Source: Desulfuromonadales bacterium (GTDB taxonomy: Bacteria > Desulfobacterota > Desulfuromonadia > Desulfuromonadales > SZUA-540). Taken from it: a stretch of 56,756 bases of DNA. The stretch spans positions 1 through 56,756 of the forward strand of contig JAWSUS010000022.1 in NCBI GenBank assembly GCA_033549025.1, read 5' to 3'. Position 1 is the first letter of the stretch. The number at the start of each line of letters is the position of its first letter. A program made the translations under genes and the position numbers. The notes below the pieces were generated by a model, which searched no databases, was not told the origin of the DNA, and was given only the letters and a program-made list of their open reading frames with translations. Shown here piece by piece: positions 46,844 through 56,756 of the stretch.

Positions 46844-49800
46844 TTACAAAAACGCTTGCAATTCTTTTTTAGCCGCGCCAACCAGCTCTTCGGCCGAGGT
46901 TTTCGCCAGCCGCACAGAAAGGCGGTAATCCGGGGTAAAGCGATAGCGGCCGCTTTTGTCTTCCATCAATCGCAGAATCTTTTCCGGGGGGACCGGCGTC
47001 TCGGCGTGGAAACCAAATACCAGCTGGCGGCCGTCAAATTCGGCAAACTCCACTTTCAGCTGCTTCATCAGCAGGCGCAACTTCATGACCTCGAAAAGCA
47101 GCGAGGTCGGCGAGGGAATCTCGCCATAGCGATCGCGCAATTCATCGGCGATGGCGTAGAGCTGGGCCTCGTCAGGTACCGAAGCCATCTTTTTGTACAA
47201 CACCAGACGCTGGTTGGGATCGGGAACGTATTTTTCCGGCAGAAAAGCGGAGACGCCCAGGCGGATTTCCGGGTCGATGCGCTCTTCGACCGCCTGGCCG
47301 CGCAATTCGTGCACCGTCTCTTCCAGCAGTTCGGCATAGAGCTCGAAGCCGATGGCGGCAATCTGGCCCGCCTGCCTGTCGCCCAGCAGATCGCCGGCGC
47401 CCCGCAATTCGAGATCATGGCTGGCGATACGAAAGCCCGCCCCCAACTCCGTCAACTCCTGCATGACCTTCAACCGCTCCCGTGCCTCCCGGGTCAGGGA
47501 GCCTTCACCCGGAATGAGCAGATAGGCATAGGCCCGCTGATTGGAGCGCCCGACCCGGCCACGGAGCTGATAGAGCTGGGCCAGCCCGAAGCAGTCGGCC
47601 CGATTGACGATAATGGTGTTGGCCCGGGAGATGTCCAGCCCGTTTTCGATAATCGTGCTGCTGACCAGAACGTTGGTTTTGCCCTCGATAAATTCGAGCA
47701 TAACCTTTTCCAGTTCCCGTTCACCCATCTGGCCATGGCCGACGGCAATTTTGGCCTCGGGGATGAGTTTGCCTAAAAATTCAGCCATGGCGCCGATGGT
47801 CTGTACCCGGTTATGGACAAAAAAGACCTGACCGCCGCGGCGCAACTCCCGCAATACCGCCTCACGAATCAACTCGTCGTCGAAGCGGGTCACATAGGTC
47901 CGCACCGCCAGCCGATCGATCGGGGGCGTATCAATGACGGACAGGCTGCGCAGGCCCATGAGGCCCATGTGCAGAGTACGGGGAATGGGCGTCGCGGTGA
48001 GGGTGAGAGTCGCCACTTCGGCCCGCATCTTCTTCAGCCGCTCTTTGTGGGAAACGCCGAAACGCTGCTCCTCGTCGACGATCATGAGGCCCAGGTCGCG
48101 GAAGCGGACATCCCGCTGCAGCAGGCGGTGGGTACCGATAAGGACGTCGATCTTGCCTTCCGCCGTTTTCTGCAGAATAGCCTTCTGCTCCTTGGGCGTG
48201 CGAAAGCGCGAGACCATCTCCACCTCAAGGGGATAACCCTTGAAACGCTCCCGAAAACTCTCCAGGTGCTGCTGGGCGAGGATGGTGGTCGGCACCAGCA
48301 CGGCCACCTGCTTGCCGTCCATGGCAGCTTTGAAGGCCGCCCTGATGGCCACTTCCGTCTTGCCGAAACCGACATCACCGCAGATCAGACGATCCATGGG
48401 CTTGCCTGACTGCATATCCTCCAGGGTGTCGCCGATGGCGTCCAACTGGTCCGGCGTTTCCTCGTAGGGGAAGGCTGCCTCGAATTCCCGGAAGGTCCGG
48501 TCCGGCGGCGAAAACCGATAGGCCTCGGCCATCTCGCGGCGGGCATAGATATTGAGCAGTTCGCGGGCCAGTTCTTCCACTGCCGCCCGGGCTCGCAGGC
48601 GGGCCTTCTCCCAGGACCCGCTGCCCAAGCGGTCAAGGCGGGGGACATGGCCCTCGCCGCCGACATATTTCTGGACTTTTTCGATGCGGTCCACCGGCAG
48701 GTAGAGCCGATCGCCACCGGCATACTCGATCTGAAGGAAATCCCCCTCGATGCCGTTCATCTCCAGGTGCTGGAGGCCGCGATAGAGCGCGATGCCGTGA
48801 TCGGCATGGACGACATAGTCGCCTTCCTTGAGTTCCGCCAGGGAGGAGAGGAGCGCCTTGGCCCGGGCCTCGGAGAGAGCCCGGCGACGGACCCGCTGGC
48901 CAAAGATTTCCTCTTCGGTGATAACGGCCCACTTTTCTTCCGGCAGGCGGAAGCCAGCCTGCAGTTCGCCCTGCACCAGGCGGATTTCGCCGGGTTCGGG
49001 GCGCTGCACCTTATTTGAGGTGCCGGAGAAAAAGAGCTCCAGCCCGTAGGGCCGCAGCAGGTCGGCCATGCGCTCCGCCTGACCCCGCTGATGACAGACC
49101 AGCAGAAGGCGCCAGGACTCCTCCTGCCATCGTGACAATCTGTCGGCCAAGGGGGCCAAACCATCCCCCTCCTGAAGCAAGCCGCGGATATCCCCGTTGC
49201 CGTCGACGCGGAGGCGGTACAGTTGACGGTCGTCCTGCAGGCGGTACACCGGCAGGATGGGCAGCTCGATGCGACCCGTACCGGCGGCCAGCGCCTTCTC
49301 CATCTCGGCGGTCGTCAGATACAAATCGGCGGCGGGGGCATAGGGCTCATCCCGGTTGGCCGCGTGCCGTTCGCCTTCTTCAATCTCGGCGCTGAAGCGA
49401 TCCATTTCCTGCTCGACCTCGGGCGGATCGACGATCACCAGCCGAGCCCTGGGAAGATAGGTAAAAAGGGTATCCAAGGAAGGATAGTTGAAGGGGAGGA
49501 GAAAAGCGCGGCCGGGGGACAGCAGCCCTTCGCGCGCCTCTTCCAGGATAGCCTCGCGCTGGGTGCGCGGCAGGCCGAGATCGTCGCAGCGTTCTTTCAG
49601 GCGACGGGCGAAAGTCTCCAGGTACTCCCCGGTCAGTATCATTTCCCGGGCGGGCAGCAGCTCGATCTCTTCCAGTTCCTGCTGTTCGGAACGCTGGGTC
49701 GCCGGATGGAAGGGACGCATGCGCTCGATGGTGTCGCCGAAGAATTCGATGCGGACGGGAGCGGGGTGGGAGGCGGGGAAAATATCGAGGATATCGCCCC

Positions 49801-50335
49801 GCACCGAAAAGGTGCCCCGGTCTTCCACCAGCGGGACCGCATTGTAGCCCAGAGCCAGCAAGCGACCGGTGAGGGCATCCCGTTCGTAATCGTCCCCGCA
49901 GATCAGGGGGCTGCTCAGCTGGGCCAGCACCTGTCCCGGGATGACTTTCTGCATCAGGGAACGCACCGGCATAACGGCTGCACGCACGCGTCCCTGCAGT
50001 ATGGCGGTAAGGGCGGAGAGTCGGGTCGCTTCGACTTCCGGGTGAGGCGTCAGAGGCTCGTAGGGGTGCACCTCCCAGTGAGGAAGGGTCACGGTCTCCC
50101 CCTGCCGGCCATGATAAAAGTCGAGGGCCGCCGCCAGGGTATCGGCCTGTTTCTGATCCGCCGTCAGCACCAGCAGCGTCTCGCTGCTTTTGGCCAGATA
50201 GCGCGCCAGCAGATAGGCGGGACTCGATCCCGTCAGTCCCACCACTTCGGCCGACTGGCGACGCTCCAGCAGGCTGTCGACGCACTCCTCCACGGAGGTT
50301 GGCTGCGTTTCAGAAGGTGGCTGCTCGTTCGACAT
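46844..50335 (-). CDS. mfd: Transcription-repair coupling factor
   Basis: GDVGFGKTEVA, DEEQRFGV, TATPIPRT, QLRGRVGR, DLELRGAG. Confidence 0.97.
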   Translation of the reverse strand: MSNEQPPSETQPTSVEECVDSLLERRQSAEVVGLTGSSPAYLLARYLAKSSETLLVLTADQKQADTLAAALDFYHGRQGETVTLPHWEVHPYEPLTPHPEVEATRLSALTAILQGRVRAAVMPVRSLMQKVIPGQVLAQLSSPLICGDDYERDALTGRLLALGYNAVPLVEDRGTFSVRGDILDIFPASHPAPVRIEFFGDTIERMRPFHPATQRSEQQELEEIELLPAREMILTGEYLETFARRLKERCDDLGLPRTQREAILEEAREGLLSPGRAFLLPFNYPSLDTLFTYLPRARLVIVDPPEVEQEMDRFSAEIEEGERHAANRDEPYAPAADLYLTTAEMEKALAAGTGRIELPILPVYRLQDDRQLYRLRVDGNGDIRGLLQEGDGLAPLADRLSRWQEESWRLLLVCHQRGQAERMADLLRPYGLELFFSGTSNKVQRPEPGEIRLVQGELQAGFRLPEEKWAVITEEEIFGQRVRRRALSEARAKALLSSLAELKEGDYVVHADHGIALYRGLQHLEMNGIEGDFLQIEYAGGDRLYLPVDRIEKVQKYVGGEGHVPRLDRLGSGSWEKARLRARAAVEELARELLNIYARREMAEAYRFSPPDRTFREFEAAFPYEETPDQLDAIGDTLEDMQSGKPMDRLICGDVGFGKTEVAIRAAFKAAMDGKQVAVLVPTTILAQQHLESFRERFKGYPLEVEMVSRFRTPKEQKAILQKTAEGKIDVLIGTHRLLQRDVRFRDLGLMIVDEEQRFGVSHKERLKKMRAEVATLTLTATPIPRTLHMGLMGLRSLSVIDTPPIDRLAVRTYVTRFDDELIREAVLRELRRGGQVFFVHNRVQTIGAMAEFLGKLIPEAKIAVGHGQMGERELEKVMLEFIEGKTNVLVSSTIIENGLDISRANTIIVNRADCFGLAQLYQLRGRVGRSNQRAYAYLLIPGEGSLTREARERLKVMQELTELGAGFRIASHDLELRGAGDLLGDRQAGQIAAIGFELYAELLEETVHELRGQAVEERIDPEIRLGVSAFLPEKYVPDPNQRLVLYKKMASVPDEAQLYAIADELRDRYGEIPSPTSLLFEVMKLRLLMKQLKVEFAEFDGRQLVFGFHAETPVPPEKILRLMEDKSGRYRFTPDYRLSVRLAKTSAEELVGAAKKELQAFL

Positions 50336-50409
50336 AGGTCTGATCCATAAAAGAAGGGCGTGCCCGTGCACGCCCTGCGGAAACTAAGGAGGTCTGTCGT
50401 GGGAAAAGC

Positions 50410-51324
50410 TCAATCGCGCGGGACGGCCAGCATGCGGTCTAGAGCCGTGCGTGCCTTCTGCCGCACGTCTGCCGGCACGGTGATCTCCGGTGACAGGGTC
50501 TGCAAACTGTGAAGAACGTCTTCCAGCGAGGTCAACTTCATGTTGGGGCAGATCAGACGGGAGGTCGGCAGGATGAACTCCCGCTCAGGATTCTCCCGGC
50601 GCAGACGATAGAGGATGCCGGCTTCCGTCCCGACAATGAACTGGCGAGCCGTACTGGTGCGAACATAGTCGTACATGCCGCTGGTGGAACAGATATGATC
50701 GGCCATGGCCAGAATATCCGGGTGACATTCGGGATGGGCCATGAACACCGCCTCGGGATAGTCTTTTTTGGCCCGTTCGATATCGGCCACCTGGAGACGC
50801 TCATGGGTGGGGCAGTAGCCCTCCCAGAAATGGCAGACCTTATCCGTATGGCCGGCAATATAACGACCCAGATTGCGATCCGGCACCAGAATGACTTCGG
50901 CCGCTTCCAGGGAATTGACCACTTTTATGGCGTTGGCGCTGGTGCAGCAGATATCGCTCTCCGCTTTTACCGCTGCACTGGAGTTGACATAGGTGACAAC
51001 GGGCACGCCGGGATGGCGCGCCTTCAACTGGCGCAGTCCCTCGGGGGTCACCATGTCAGCCATGGGGCAACCGGCATCGGGTCGCGGCAGCAGCACGATC
51101 TTGTCGGGAGCCAGAATGGCGGCGCTCTCCGCCATGAAGTGAACGCCGCAAAAGACGATCACATCCTTGTCCGTTCTGGCCGCCTCCATGGAGAGCCCCA
51201 GGGAGTCTCCCGTTATATCGGCAATTTCCTGAATCTCATCCCGTTGATAGTTGTGGGCGAGAAGCAGGGCGTTCTTTTCTTTGGCCAACCGGCGAATTTC
51301 CGCTTTGATCTCTTGCTGGTTCAT
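50410..51324 (-). CDS. nadA: Quinolinate synthase
   Basis: [34 protein letters not shown]. Confidence 0.97.
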   Translation of the reverse strand: MNQQEIKAEIRRLAKEKNALLLAHNYQRDEIQEIADITGDSLGLSMEAARTDKDVIVFCGVHFMAESAAILAPDKIVLLPRPDAGCPMADMVTPEGLRQLKARHPGVPVVTYVNSSAAVKAESDICCTSANAIKVVNSLEAAEVILVPDRNLGRYIAGHTDKVCHFWEGYCPTHERLQVADIERAKKDYPEAVFMAHPECHPDILAMADHICSTSGMYDYVRTSTARQFIVGTEAGILYRLRRENPEREFILPTSRLICPNMKLTSLEDVLHSLQTLSPEITVPADVRQKARTALDRMLAVPRD

Positions 51325-51353
51325 TGCCTACCTTCCCCTGATTTTTAGGGCGT

Positions 51354-51432
51354 ATACTACATGTAAAACTCCCGCTATGTCAAACCCTTATCGGGCTTCG
51401 CCCTTGACAGGGCAGGGGAGAAAGACTATCCT
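51354..51432. promoter_or_regulatory. Divergent sigma70 promoters for nadA and tatBC
   Basis: Minus TTGACA-N18-TAGTAT (51383-51354); plus TTGACA-N17-TATCCT (51404-51432). Confidence 0.6.
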
Positions 51433-51479
51433 CATCCCTTCTGATCCGTCCTTTTTCATTTTATTTTGAGGCTCTTCCT

Positions 51480-51797
51480 ATGTTTGGTATCGGCATGCCC
51501 GAACTGCTCCTGATCCTGGCGGTTGCTCTTATTGTCATCGGCCCTAAAAAACTCCCGGATATCGCCAAGGCGCTAGGTCGCGGGCTCGGTGAATTTAAAA
51601 AAGCCACCGAAGAGTTCAAAAACACCATCGATGTGGAGTCGCGCCAGGAAAACCAGCAGGACTCCCTGCTTAAAGCCGGCAAAATGACGCCGCCCGGCGC
51701 CGAAGCTCAGAACGGGCAGGACTCCCAGGAACATCAGGATTCGTCCGTGGAGGCTCCGGAGACTCCCGAAGATGCCGAGACGAACGATAAAGCCTAG
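51480..51797 (+). CDS. tatB: Twin-arginine translocase TatB/TatA-family subunit
   Basis: MFGIGMPEL...[13 protein letters not shown]; directly upstream of tatC. Confidence 0.85.
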   Translation: MFGIGMPELLLILAVALIVIGPKKLPDIAKALGRGLGEFKKATEEFKNTIDVESRQENQQDSLLKAGKMTPPGAEAQNGQDSQEHQDSSVEAPETPEDAETNDKA

Positions 51798-51833
51798 ATT
51801 CCCCTCCCAGCCCCTGACGAAGGACCGCACCGC

Positions 51834-52601
51834 ATGAGCGACGAAGCTCTCCCTTTCACCGCCCATCTAGAAGAATTGCGCAAACGCCTCATCATTGCGG
51901 CCGGCGCCTGGTTTGTCGGTTTTATGGCCTGCTACGGCTTTGCCGAACGCCTCTTTGAGATGATTTCCGACCCGGTGCGCGCGGCCTTGCCCGAGGGGAG
52001 CTCGCTGGTTTTCATCAATGCGACCGAGCCTTTTTTCACCTATCTCAAACTGGGGGCCTTAGCCGGCCTGCTCGTCTCGCTGCCGGTTATTCTCTGGCAA
52101 ATCTGGGCTTTTATCGCCCCCGGCCTCTATGCCCATGAGAAAAAACTGGCGATTCCTTTTGTTGTCGCCAGCTTCCTCTGCTTCGCCAGCGGGGCCTACT
52201 TCGGGTTTTTCTATGTCTTTCCCCTCATCTTTACCTTTCTCATTCAATTCGGCACCGGCACCGGACAAATCGAGGCCATGCTCTCCATGGGCGCCTATCT
52301 TTCCCTGTCCAGCAAGCTTCTACTCGCCTTCGGTCTGGTGTTCGAACTGCCGATTATTATCTTCTTTCTGGCCCGCATGGGTATCGTGGACCATGTCTGG
52401 CTGGCCAAAAACCGCAAATACGCCCTGCTGCTCGCCTTTATCATCGGCGCCGTGCTGACGCCACCCGACGTCATCTCGCAAACGGCTCTGGCCGTTCCTT
52501 TCGCCATTCTGTATGAGGTGGGCATCTTGGTTGCGCGTTTCTTCGGGAAAAAGAAACATACCGAGGATTCCCACGAAGAGGACAGTCCGGCTTCTTCCTA
52601 A
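51834..52601 (+). CDS. tatC: Twin-arginine translocase TatC
   Basis: [30 protein letters not shown]. Confidence 0.97.
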   Translation: MSDEALPFTAHLEELRKRLIIAAGAWFVGFMACYGFAERLFEMISDPVRAALPEGSSLVFINATEPFFTYLKLGALAGLLVSLPVILWQIWAFIAPGLYAHEKKLAIPFVVASFLCFASGAYFGFFYVFPLIFTFLIQFGTGTGQIEAMLSMGAYLSLSSKLLLAFGLVFELPIIIFFLARMGIVDHVWLAKNRKYALLLAFIIGAVLTPPDVISQTALAVPFAILYEVGILVARFFGKKKHTEDSHEEDSPASS

Positions 52602-52643
52602 CCTTCGCTTTTAGCTGCTCACCAACACTGTTTCAGGAACCCC

Positions 52644-53567
52644 ATGAGTCTGGCTCTCGACATCCAGAAGCTCAATAAATCCTTTGGCGGCACCCAGGTC
52701 GTTAAAGATCTCAGCTTTTCCATCGAACCTGGTGAAATTTTCGGACTGCTTGGTCCCAACGGTGCCGGCAAAAGCACGACGATCAACATGGTGGGAGGGG
52801 TGACCCGGATCGATACGGGCACCATCCGCGTCTTCGGGCACGACAATCAGCAGGAGAGCCTGGTTACCCGGCGACTGGTGGGCGTCATGCATCAGGAAAT
52901 CGTCACCGATACTTTCTTCACCATCGACCGCGCTCTCAAGATCCACCCCGGCTATTATGGCGTCCCCCTCGACACGGCCTGGATGGAACTGCTCATCGAG
53001 CGCCTCGCTCTCGGTCCTCATCTGCACAAACCGATGAACAAGCTTTCCGGCGGTCTCAAGCGGCGTCTTATGGTTGCCAAAGCGCTCATTCATAAACCGC
53101 GGCTGCTGATCCTCGATGAACCCACCGCCGGGGTCGACGTCGAACTGCGCCACAACCTCTGGCAGTTCGTGCGTGAGATCAACCAGCAAGGGACGACAGT
53201 TCTGCTCACCACCCACTACCTCGAAGAAGCCCAGCAGATGTGCGGCCGCATCGCCATCATGAACCATGGCCGTCTGATTGCCCTGGGCAGTACGCCGCAT
53301 CTTCTTTCACAGGTGGAGGGGCGGAAAATCGTGCTTCAGCTCAGCCAACCGCTGGTGGCCGTTCCCCGTGAGCTGCAGGAATTCAACGGTCAGTTGCAGG
53401 GGGGAGGGACCCGGCTCACTCTGCGGCTGCCCCCCGGGATTGCCACCGGCGATGCTTTGCACCGCATGTGCGCTTTGGGTCTGCCCGTTACCGAAGTGGA
53501 AACCCAGAGCGTCAGCCTGGAGGACGTCTTTATTGAATTGACTGGCCTCAAAGGGAGTTCCGAATGA
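52644..53567 (+). CDS. ABC-2 type transporter ATP-binding protein (YadG-like)
   Basis: GPNGAGKST, LSGG, ILDEPTAGVD, TTHY. Confidence 0.92.
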   Translation: MSLALDIQKLNKSFGGTQVVKDLSFSIEPGEIFGLLGPNGAGKSTTINMVGGVTRIDTGTIRVFGHDNQQESLVTRRLVGVMHQEIVTDTFFTIDRALKIHPGYYGVPLDTAWMELLIERLALGPHLHKPMNKLSGGLKRRLMVAKALIHKPRLLILDEPTAGVDVELRHNLWQFVREINQQGTTVLLTTHYLEEAQQMCGRIAIMNHGRLIALGSTPHLLSQVEGRKIVLQLSQPLVAVPRELQEFNGQLQGGGTRLTLRLPPGIATGDALHRMCALGLPVTEVETQSVSLEDVFIELTGLKGSSE

Positions 53568-54358
53568 ACGGTTCGAGCCAGCAGGATCAATCCTTTTACC
53601 CCTGGTTGCCTTTTCTGACCCTGCTGAAAAAAGAGGTCCTGCGATTTTTCCGTGTCTCCGTACAGACGCTGCTGACTCCCATCATCTCCGCTTCTCTTTA
53701 TCTTTTTGTCTTCGGCGCCACGCTCGGCACCCGCATCTCGGTGCTGGAAGGCTTCACCTACGCCCAATTTGTCATCCCTGGCCTGGTCTTGATGGGGATT
53801 ATCAACAACTCCTTCGCTAACGTCTCCTCCTCGCTCTTCATGTCTCGCTACCTCGGCAACATCGTCGACCTGCTGGTGGCCCCCATCACTCCCAGCCAGA
53901 TGATTTTTGCCTACACATTTGCCGCCATGCTGCGCGGTCTGCTGGTCGGCTCCGTTGTCACCCTGATCTCCCTCTTTTTCGCGCCGCTCCCCTTTGCGCA
54001 CCCCTTGTTGGCTGTACTCATGGGCTGCCTTGCCAGTTTTCTGTTCGCTCAATTCGGCATCATCGCCGCCATCTACTCCAACTCGTTCGACGCTCTCTCC
54101 ATGTACAGCAACTTCCTCATCCTCCCCCTCATCTATCTGGGCGGGGTCTTTTATCCCATTTCCATTCTGCCCCCTTTCTGGGAAAACCTCTCCCGCGCCA
54201 ATCCCCTGTTCTATCTGATTGACGGTTTTCGCTATGCCCTCATCGGGGTAGGGGAGGTTCCCCTTCTTTTCTCCTTCGGTTTCGCCTGTTGCGTTAGCCT
54301 CGCCTTGTTCGGCTGGGCCGCGTTTCTCATAAAAAAAGGGCACCGTCTTCGTTCGTGA
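53564..54358 (+). CDS. ABC-2 type transporter permease (YadH-like)
   Basis: QTLLTP, FVIPGL, LGGVFYP, NPLFYLIDGFRY. Confidence 0.9.
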   Translation: MNGSSQQDQSFYPWLPFLTLLKKEVLRFFRVSVQTLLTPIISASLYLFVFGATLGTRISVLEGFTYAQFVIPGLVLMGIINNSFANVSSSLFMSRYLGNIVDLLVAPITPSQMIFAYTFAAMLRGLLVGSVVTLISLFFAPLPFAHPLLAVLMGCLASFLFAQFGIIAAIYSNSFDALSMYSNFLILPLIYLGGVFYPISILPPFWENLSRANPLFYLIDGFRYALIGVGEVPLLFSFGFACCVSLALFGWAAFLIKKGHRLRS

Positions 54359-54367
54359 CGGTGCCCT
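54331..54367 (-). terminator. Terminator for the HD-GYP gene, overlapping the permease 3' end
   Basis: AGGGCACCGTC / GACGGTGCCCT stem with U7 on the minus strand. Confidence 0.7.
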
Positions 54368-54391
54368 CGGCCTACCTTGCGGATTGTCGTC

Positions 54392-55324
54392 CTAGGTCAA
54401 AAACAGCCTGACAAAGTGCTCAAAGAGGCCGGGCTCCATATCCACGACCAGCTTCTCCTTCATCAGTTTAAGGGTATCAAAAGTCGATGACCGGCGGTGG
54501 TAAGGGCGCTCGGAGGTCAAGGCCTCGTAGATATCCACAATGCGGCAGATGCGGGCATAGGGATGGATGTCTGTGCGGGTCAGCCCGTAGGGGTAGCCGC
54601 CCCCGTCATCCCTTTCATGATGCTGCAGCGTCAGGCACTTCAGTTCCTCTGTCACCACCCCGTTCTCCTGCAGGATCTTATAGCCGTCCTCGGGATGCCG
54701 ATTGACGATCAGCCGCTCCTGGGGCGTTAAAGGGCCAGGCTTGTTGATGATAGGCAGAGGAATGCGGCACTTGCCCAGGTCGTGGAGAAAAAATCCGGCG
54801 CCAAAGGCCTTCAGCTCTTTTTCAGCCTTCTGCCCGTAATAGTTTCGGGCCAGGGCGATGCCGAAAATACCGACGTTGGTCGAATGGGTATAGGTCTGCT
54901 GATCATAGTCGGTCAGCTTGATCAGACAGCGAGTGGCCACGTCGTCCGTAACAATCAGATCCATCGTCGGGGCGATGATATCCATGGCCAGGTGAATGAA
55001 GGAGGCGCGGGGATCGTCAAATACCTGCCGTAGGATTTCCTTGCAGGAGGAATAGACGACCTGGGCCTTGCGCTCCGGTTTTTCCCTGTTGTCGGCAACG
55101 GCTTGTTCCGTCAGCTTTTTAAGGCATCTGAAATAGGCCTCGCCCTCCTCTGGTTCTATGTACAGGGTGCTGACCGCGTTTTCACGGAGATTTGCAGCCA
55201 GACCCTGCGACAGGGGCAGCCCTTTGCGGGCGAAAAGGATGTACTCCTCATCGTGCACCCGGCGAAACATGTCGCACGGCGCGGTGCTTTCCTGGTCAAG
55301 TAGGCTTAATCCGACGGCTAACAT
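54392..55324 (-). CDS. HD-GYP domain protein (cyclic dinucleotide phosphodiesterase family)
   Basis: YTHS, LHDLGK, HHERDDGGGYP, RPY. Confidence 0.9.
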   Translation of the reverse strand: MLAVGLSLLDQESTAPCDMFRRVHDEEYILFARKGLPLSQGLAANLRENAVSTLYIEPEEGEAYFRCLKKLTEQAVADNREKPERKAQVVYSSCKEILRQVFDDPRASFIHLAMDIIAPTMDLIVTDDVATRCLIKLTDYDQQTYTHSTNVGIFGIALARNYYGQKAEKELKAFGAGFFLHDLGKCRIPLPIINKPGPLTPQERLIVNRHPEDGYKILQENGVVTEELKCLTLQHHERDDGGGYPYGLTRTDIHPYARICRIVDIYEALTSERPYHRRSSTFDTLKLMKEKLVVDMEPGLFEHFVRLFLT

Positions 55325-55345
55325 AGAGATACCATGGTCTCAAGG

Positions 55346-55915
55346 CTAAAACTGAGCGGTAAATCCTACCCGTATGGCCTCGTCAATATGCCTTGAGTCC
55401 TGATGCTCAAAATCCGCATCCATATTCTGATAGGTCGCCTTGATTTTTATTTTGGGCGTCACCGCGTAAAAAAGGCCCACCGACGTTTCCAACAGTCGCT
55501 CCAAGTCCATGAAACTAAAAATTTTCGGTGCGTAGCACACCCTTCCATCCACACCCAGACCGCCTAGGGTAGGGGGGGCAAAAGCGGCGTTCCCGCAGAC
55601 GCCGAGGCTCAGCATGTCCTGGTGATAATTGGTGGTCCCCCCATAGAGTTCGCCACCGATGCCGAATCGAAGTCCCGGCACATGTCCCGGCTCACCCGAA
55701 AAGTCCAGCCCCAAGGTTCCCAGTTTGGTTTCCTTGTCGTCATTGTACAGACCTCGCAAATTCAGCGACGAGGTGCCGTAACCATCTTGGTGAATGATAT
55801 GAGAGTAGCCTAGCTGGGCGCTGTCATCATTGAATTCCAAACTCAGTGAATCCCCATAAACATGGGTACTGACCAACAGGCTGGCCAAAATTGCCATTCC
55901 GATCTTTTTCAACAT
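55346..55915 (-). CDS. YfaZ-like outer membrane beta-barrel protein
   Basis: Signal peptide, YAPKIFSF motif, C-terminal Phe; ATG 55915 after GAGGAG. Confidence 0.65.
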   Translation of the reverse strand: MLKKIGMAILASLLVSTHVYGDSLSLEFNDDSAQLGYSHIIHQDGYGTSSLNLRGLYNDDKETKLGTLGLDFSGEPGHVPGLRFGIGGELYGGTTNYHQDMLSLGVCGNAAFAPPTLGGLGVDGRVCYAPKIFSFMDLERLLETSVGLFYAVTPKIKIKATYQNMDADFEHQDSRHIDEAIRVGFTAQF

Positions 55916-56025
55916 AAGACTCCTCACTTCCTTGGTTTATTAACTGGCAATATCGCACAAGGTGATTCATGAATCAAGAATCGTTCAAACAGGCGCCGGG
56001 CTCATGGCCTCCAGGCGTCAGGCGC

Positions 56026-56684
56026 ATTGGGTAGGAGGCGGGATTACTCCCGCCGTCCTCCCACACCACCGTGCGTACGGTTCCGTACACGGCGGTTCAC
56101 AAGGCACACTGAAAGCGTCTGAGGTGGTCGAGTAATGAGACCAACCCCAGTTTGTCGAAGAAAGATTTACGGAACGCATCGTTCATGTGTGAGGCTCCTG
56201 AGTTGTACCAGGGGCCTCGCCCGTTTCGTGCCGATCTCCAGGCCCGTTGTTCCGTCAATCCCCGCTGCATCATATTCCTGGCCCGGGTTGAGGTGCGCTT
56301 CCACTGCCGCCACAGAATGCAACGCAGTTTCCGCCTTATCCAGCCATCGAGATCCTCGAAGACCCCCCTGACTTCCGCTAACCGGAAGTAGGCGATCCAG
56401 CCCCGCAGCTTGGGGGTGGATTCTTCGATGACTCCCTTCAGGCTACGTCCCTTTCCCCGGCGAAAGAGCTCTCTGAGGCTGGCCTTGAACCGTTTCACGG
56501 ACGAGTCCGCCACCTTCAGGCGGGGCTTCTTGTGAAAGGTCATGCTGTAGCCCAGAAAGGTTCTTTCCCAGGGGCGGCCAACGGCGCTTTTGGCACGGTT
56601 GACCTTGAGCTTTAGCTGCTGTTCGAGAAACCGGGTTAGCGATTCCATCACCCGCTCCGCAGACCGGCGACTGTTAACATAAAT
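56026..56684 (-). mobile_element. Group IIC (bacterial class C) intron, 3' portion
   Basis: DV GAACCGCCGTGTACGGAACCGTACGCACGGTGGTGT with CGC triad; DVI GGCGGGAGTAATCCCGCCTCCTACCCAAT ending in AT at 56026. Confidence 0.92.
56097..56684 (-). pseudogene. Intron-encoded RT/maturase, C-terminal fragment (interrupted)
   Basis: IYVNSRRSAERVMES, LKVNRAKS, FLGYS, LRGWIAYF, RRKLRCILWRQWK; no En domain; YADD missing immediately upstream. Confidence 0.85.
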
Positions 56685-56756
56685 TGTAAGAAATTGACGC
56701 GTTGTTTACAGAATCCGATAATATCGAGGGGAGGATTTTGTAAACATGGTCATGCA
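56685..56756 (+). mobile_element. Probable insertion-sequence end (family unresolved), running off the window
   Basis: Abrupt AT-richer sequence starting TGTAAG; TTGACG-N17-GATAAT, GGGGAGG, ATG at 56746. Confidence 0.5.

Noticed and set aside
51358..51365. TACATGTA palindrome in the nadA promoter as a NAD-regulator site
   Set aside because: Too short to support and matches no regulator consensus I can confirm.
1..56756. CRISPR arrays, tRNA/rRNA genes, prophage or defence genes
   Set aside because: None recognised on reading; a tRNAscan/CRISPR tool run would be needed to exclude them formally.

Overview
High-GC chromosomal window whose gene content and synteny (nadA-mfd-ppiC-surA-pdxA-uvrA, Tat-exported superoxide reductase, octaheme OTR-type cytochrome, HcpR-like box) point to a Desulfuromonadales/Geobacterales deltaproteobacterium (inference). 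The left half is a transporter and stress region: TRAP DctM plus USP, a CPA2-EIIA fusion, a sulfur-handling cluster, htpX/hflKC, two RND systems and a BCCT cluster. The right half is mostly housekeeping and ends in a group IIC intron whose RT ORF is cut just after the expected YADD motif by what looks like an IS end. Main signals: (1) an unannotated 48-aa membrane-anchored candidate selenoprotein (34768-34914, in-frame TGA in U-x4-C with a SECIS-like hairpin, RBS and terminator), divergent from the Tat-SOR; (2) a yybP-ykoY (Mn2+) riboswitch with promoter and terminator upstream of a stand-alone purE; (3) a 1480-aa RND permease-outer membrane factor fusion with an internal signal-peptide-like linker; (4) a trypsin-like protein with Arg at the catalytic Ser position next to a BCCT carrier; (5) a promoter- and terminator-bounded ~200-nt candidate sRNA. 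All family assignments are from motif recognition by eye; no database search was run.
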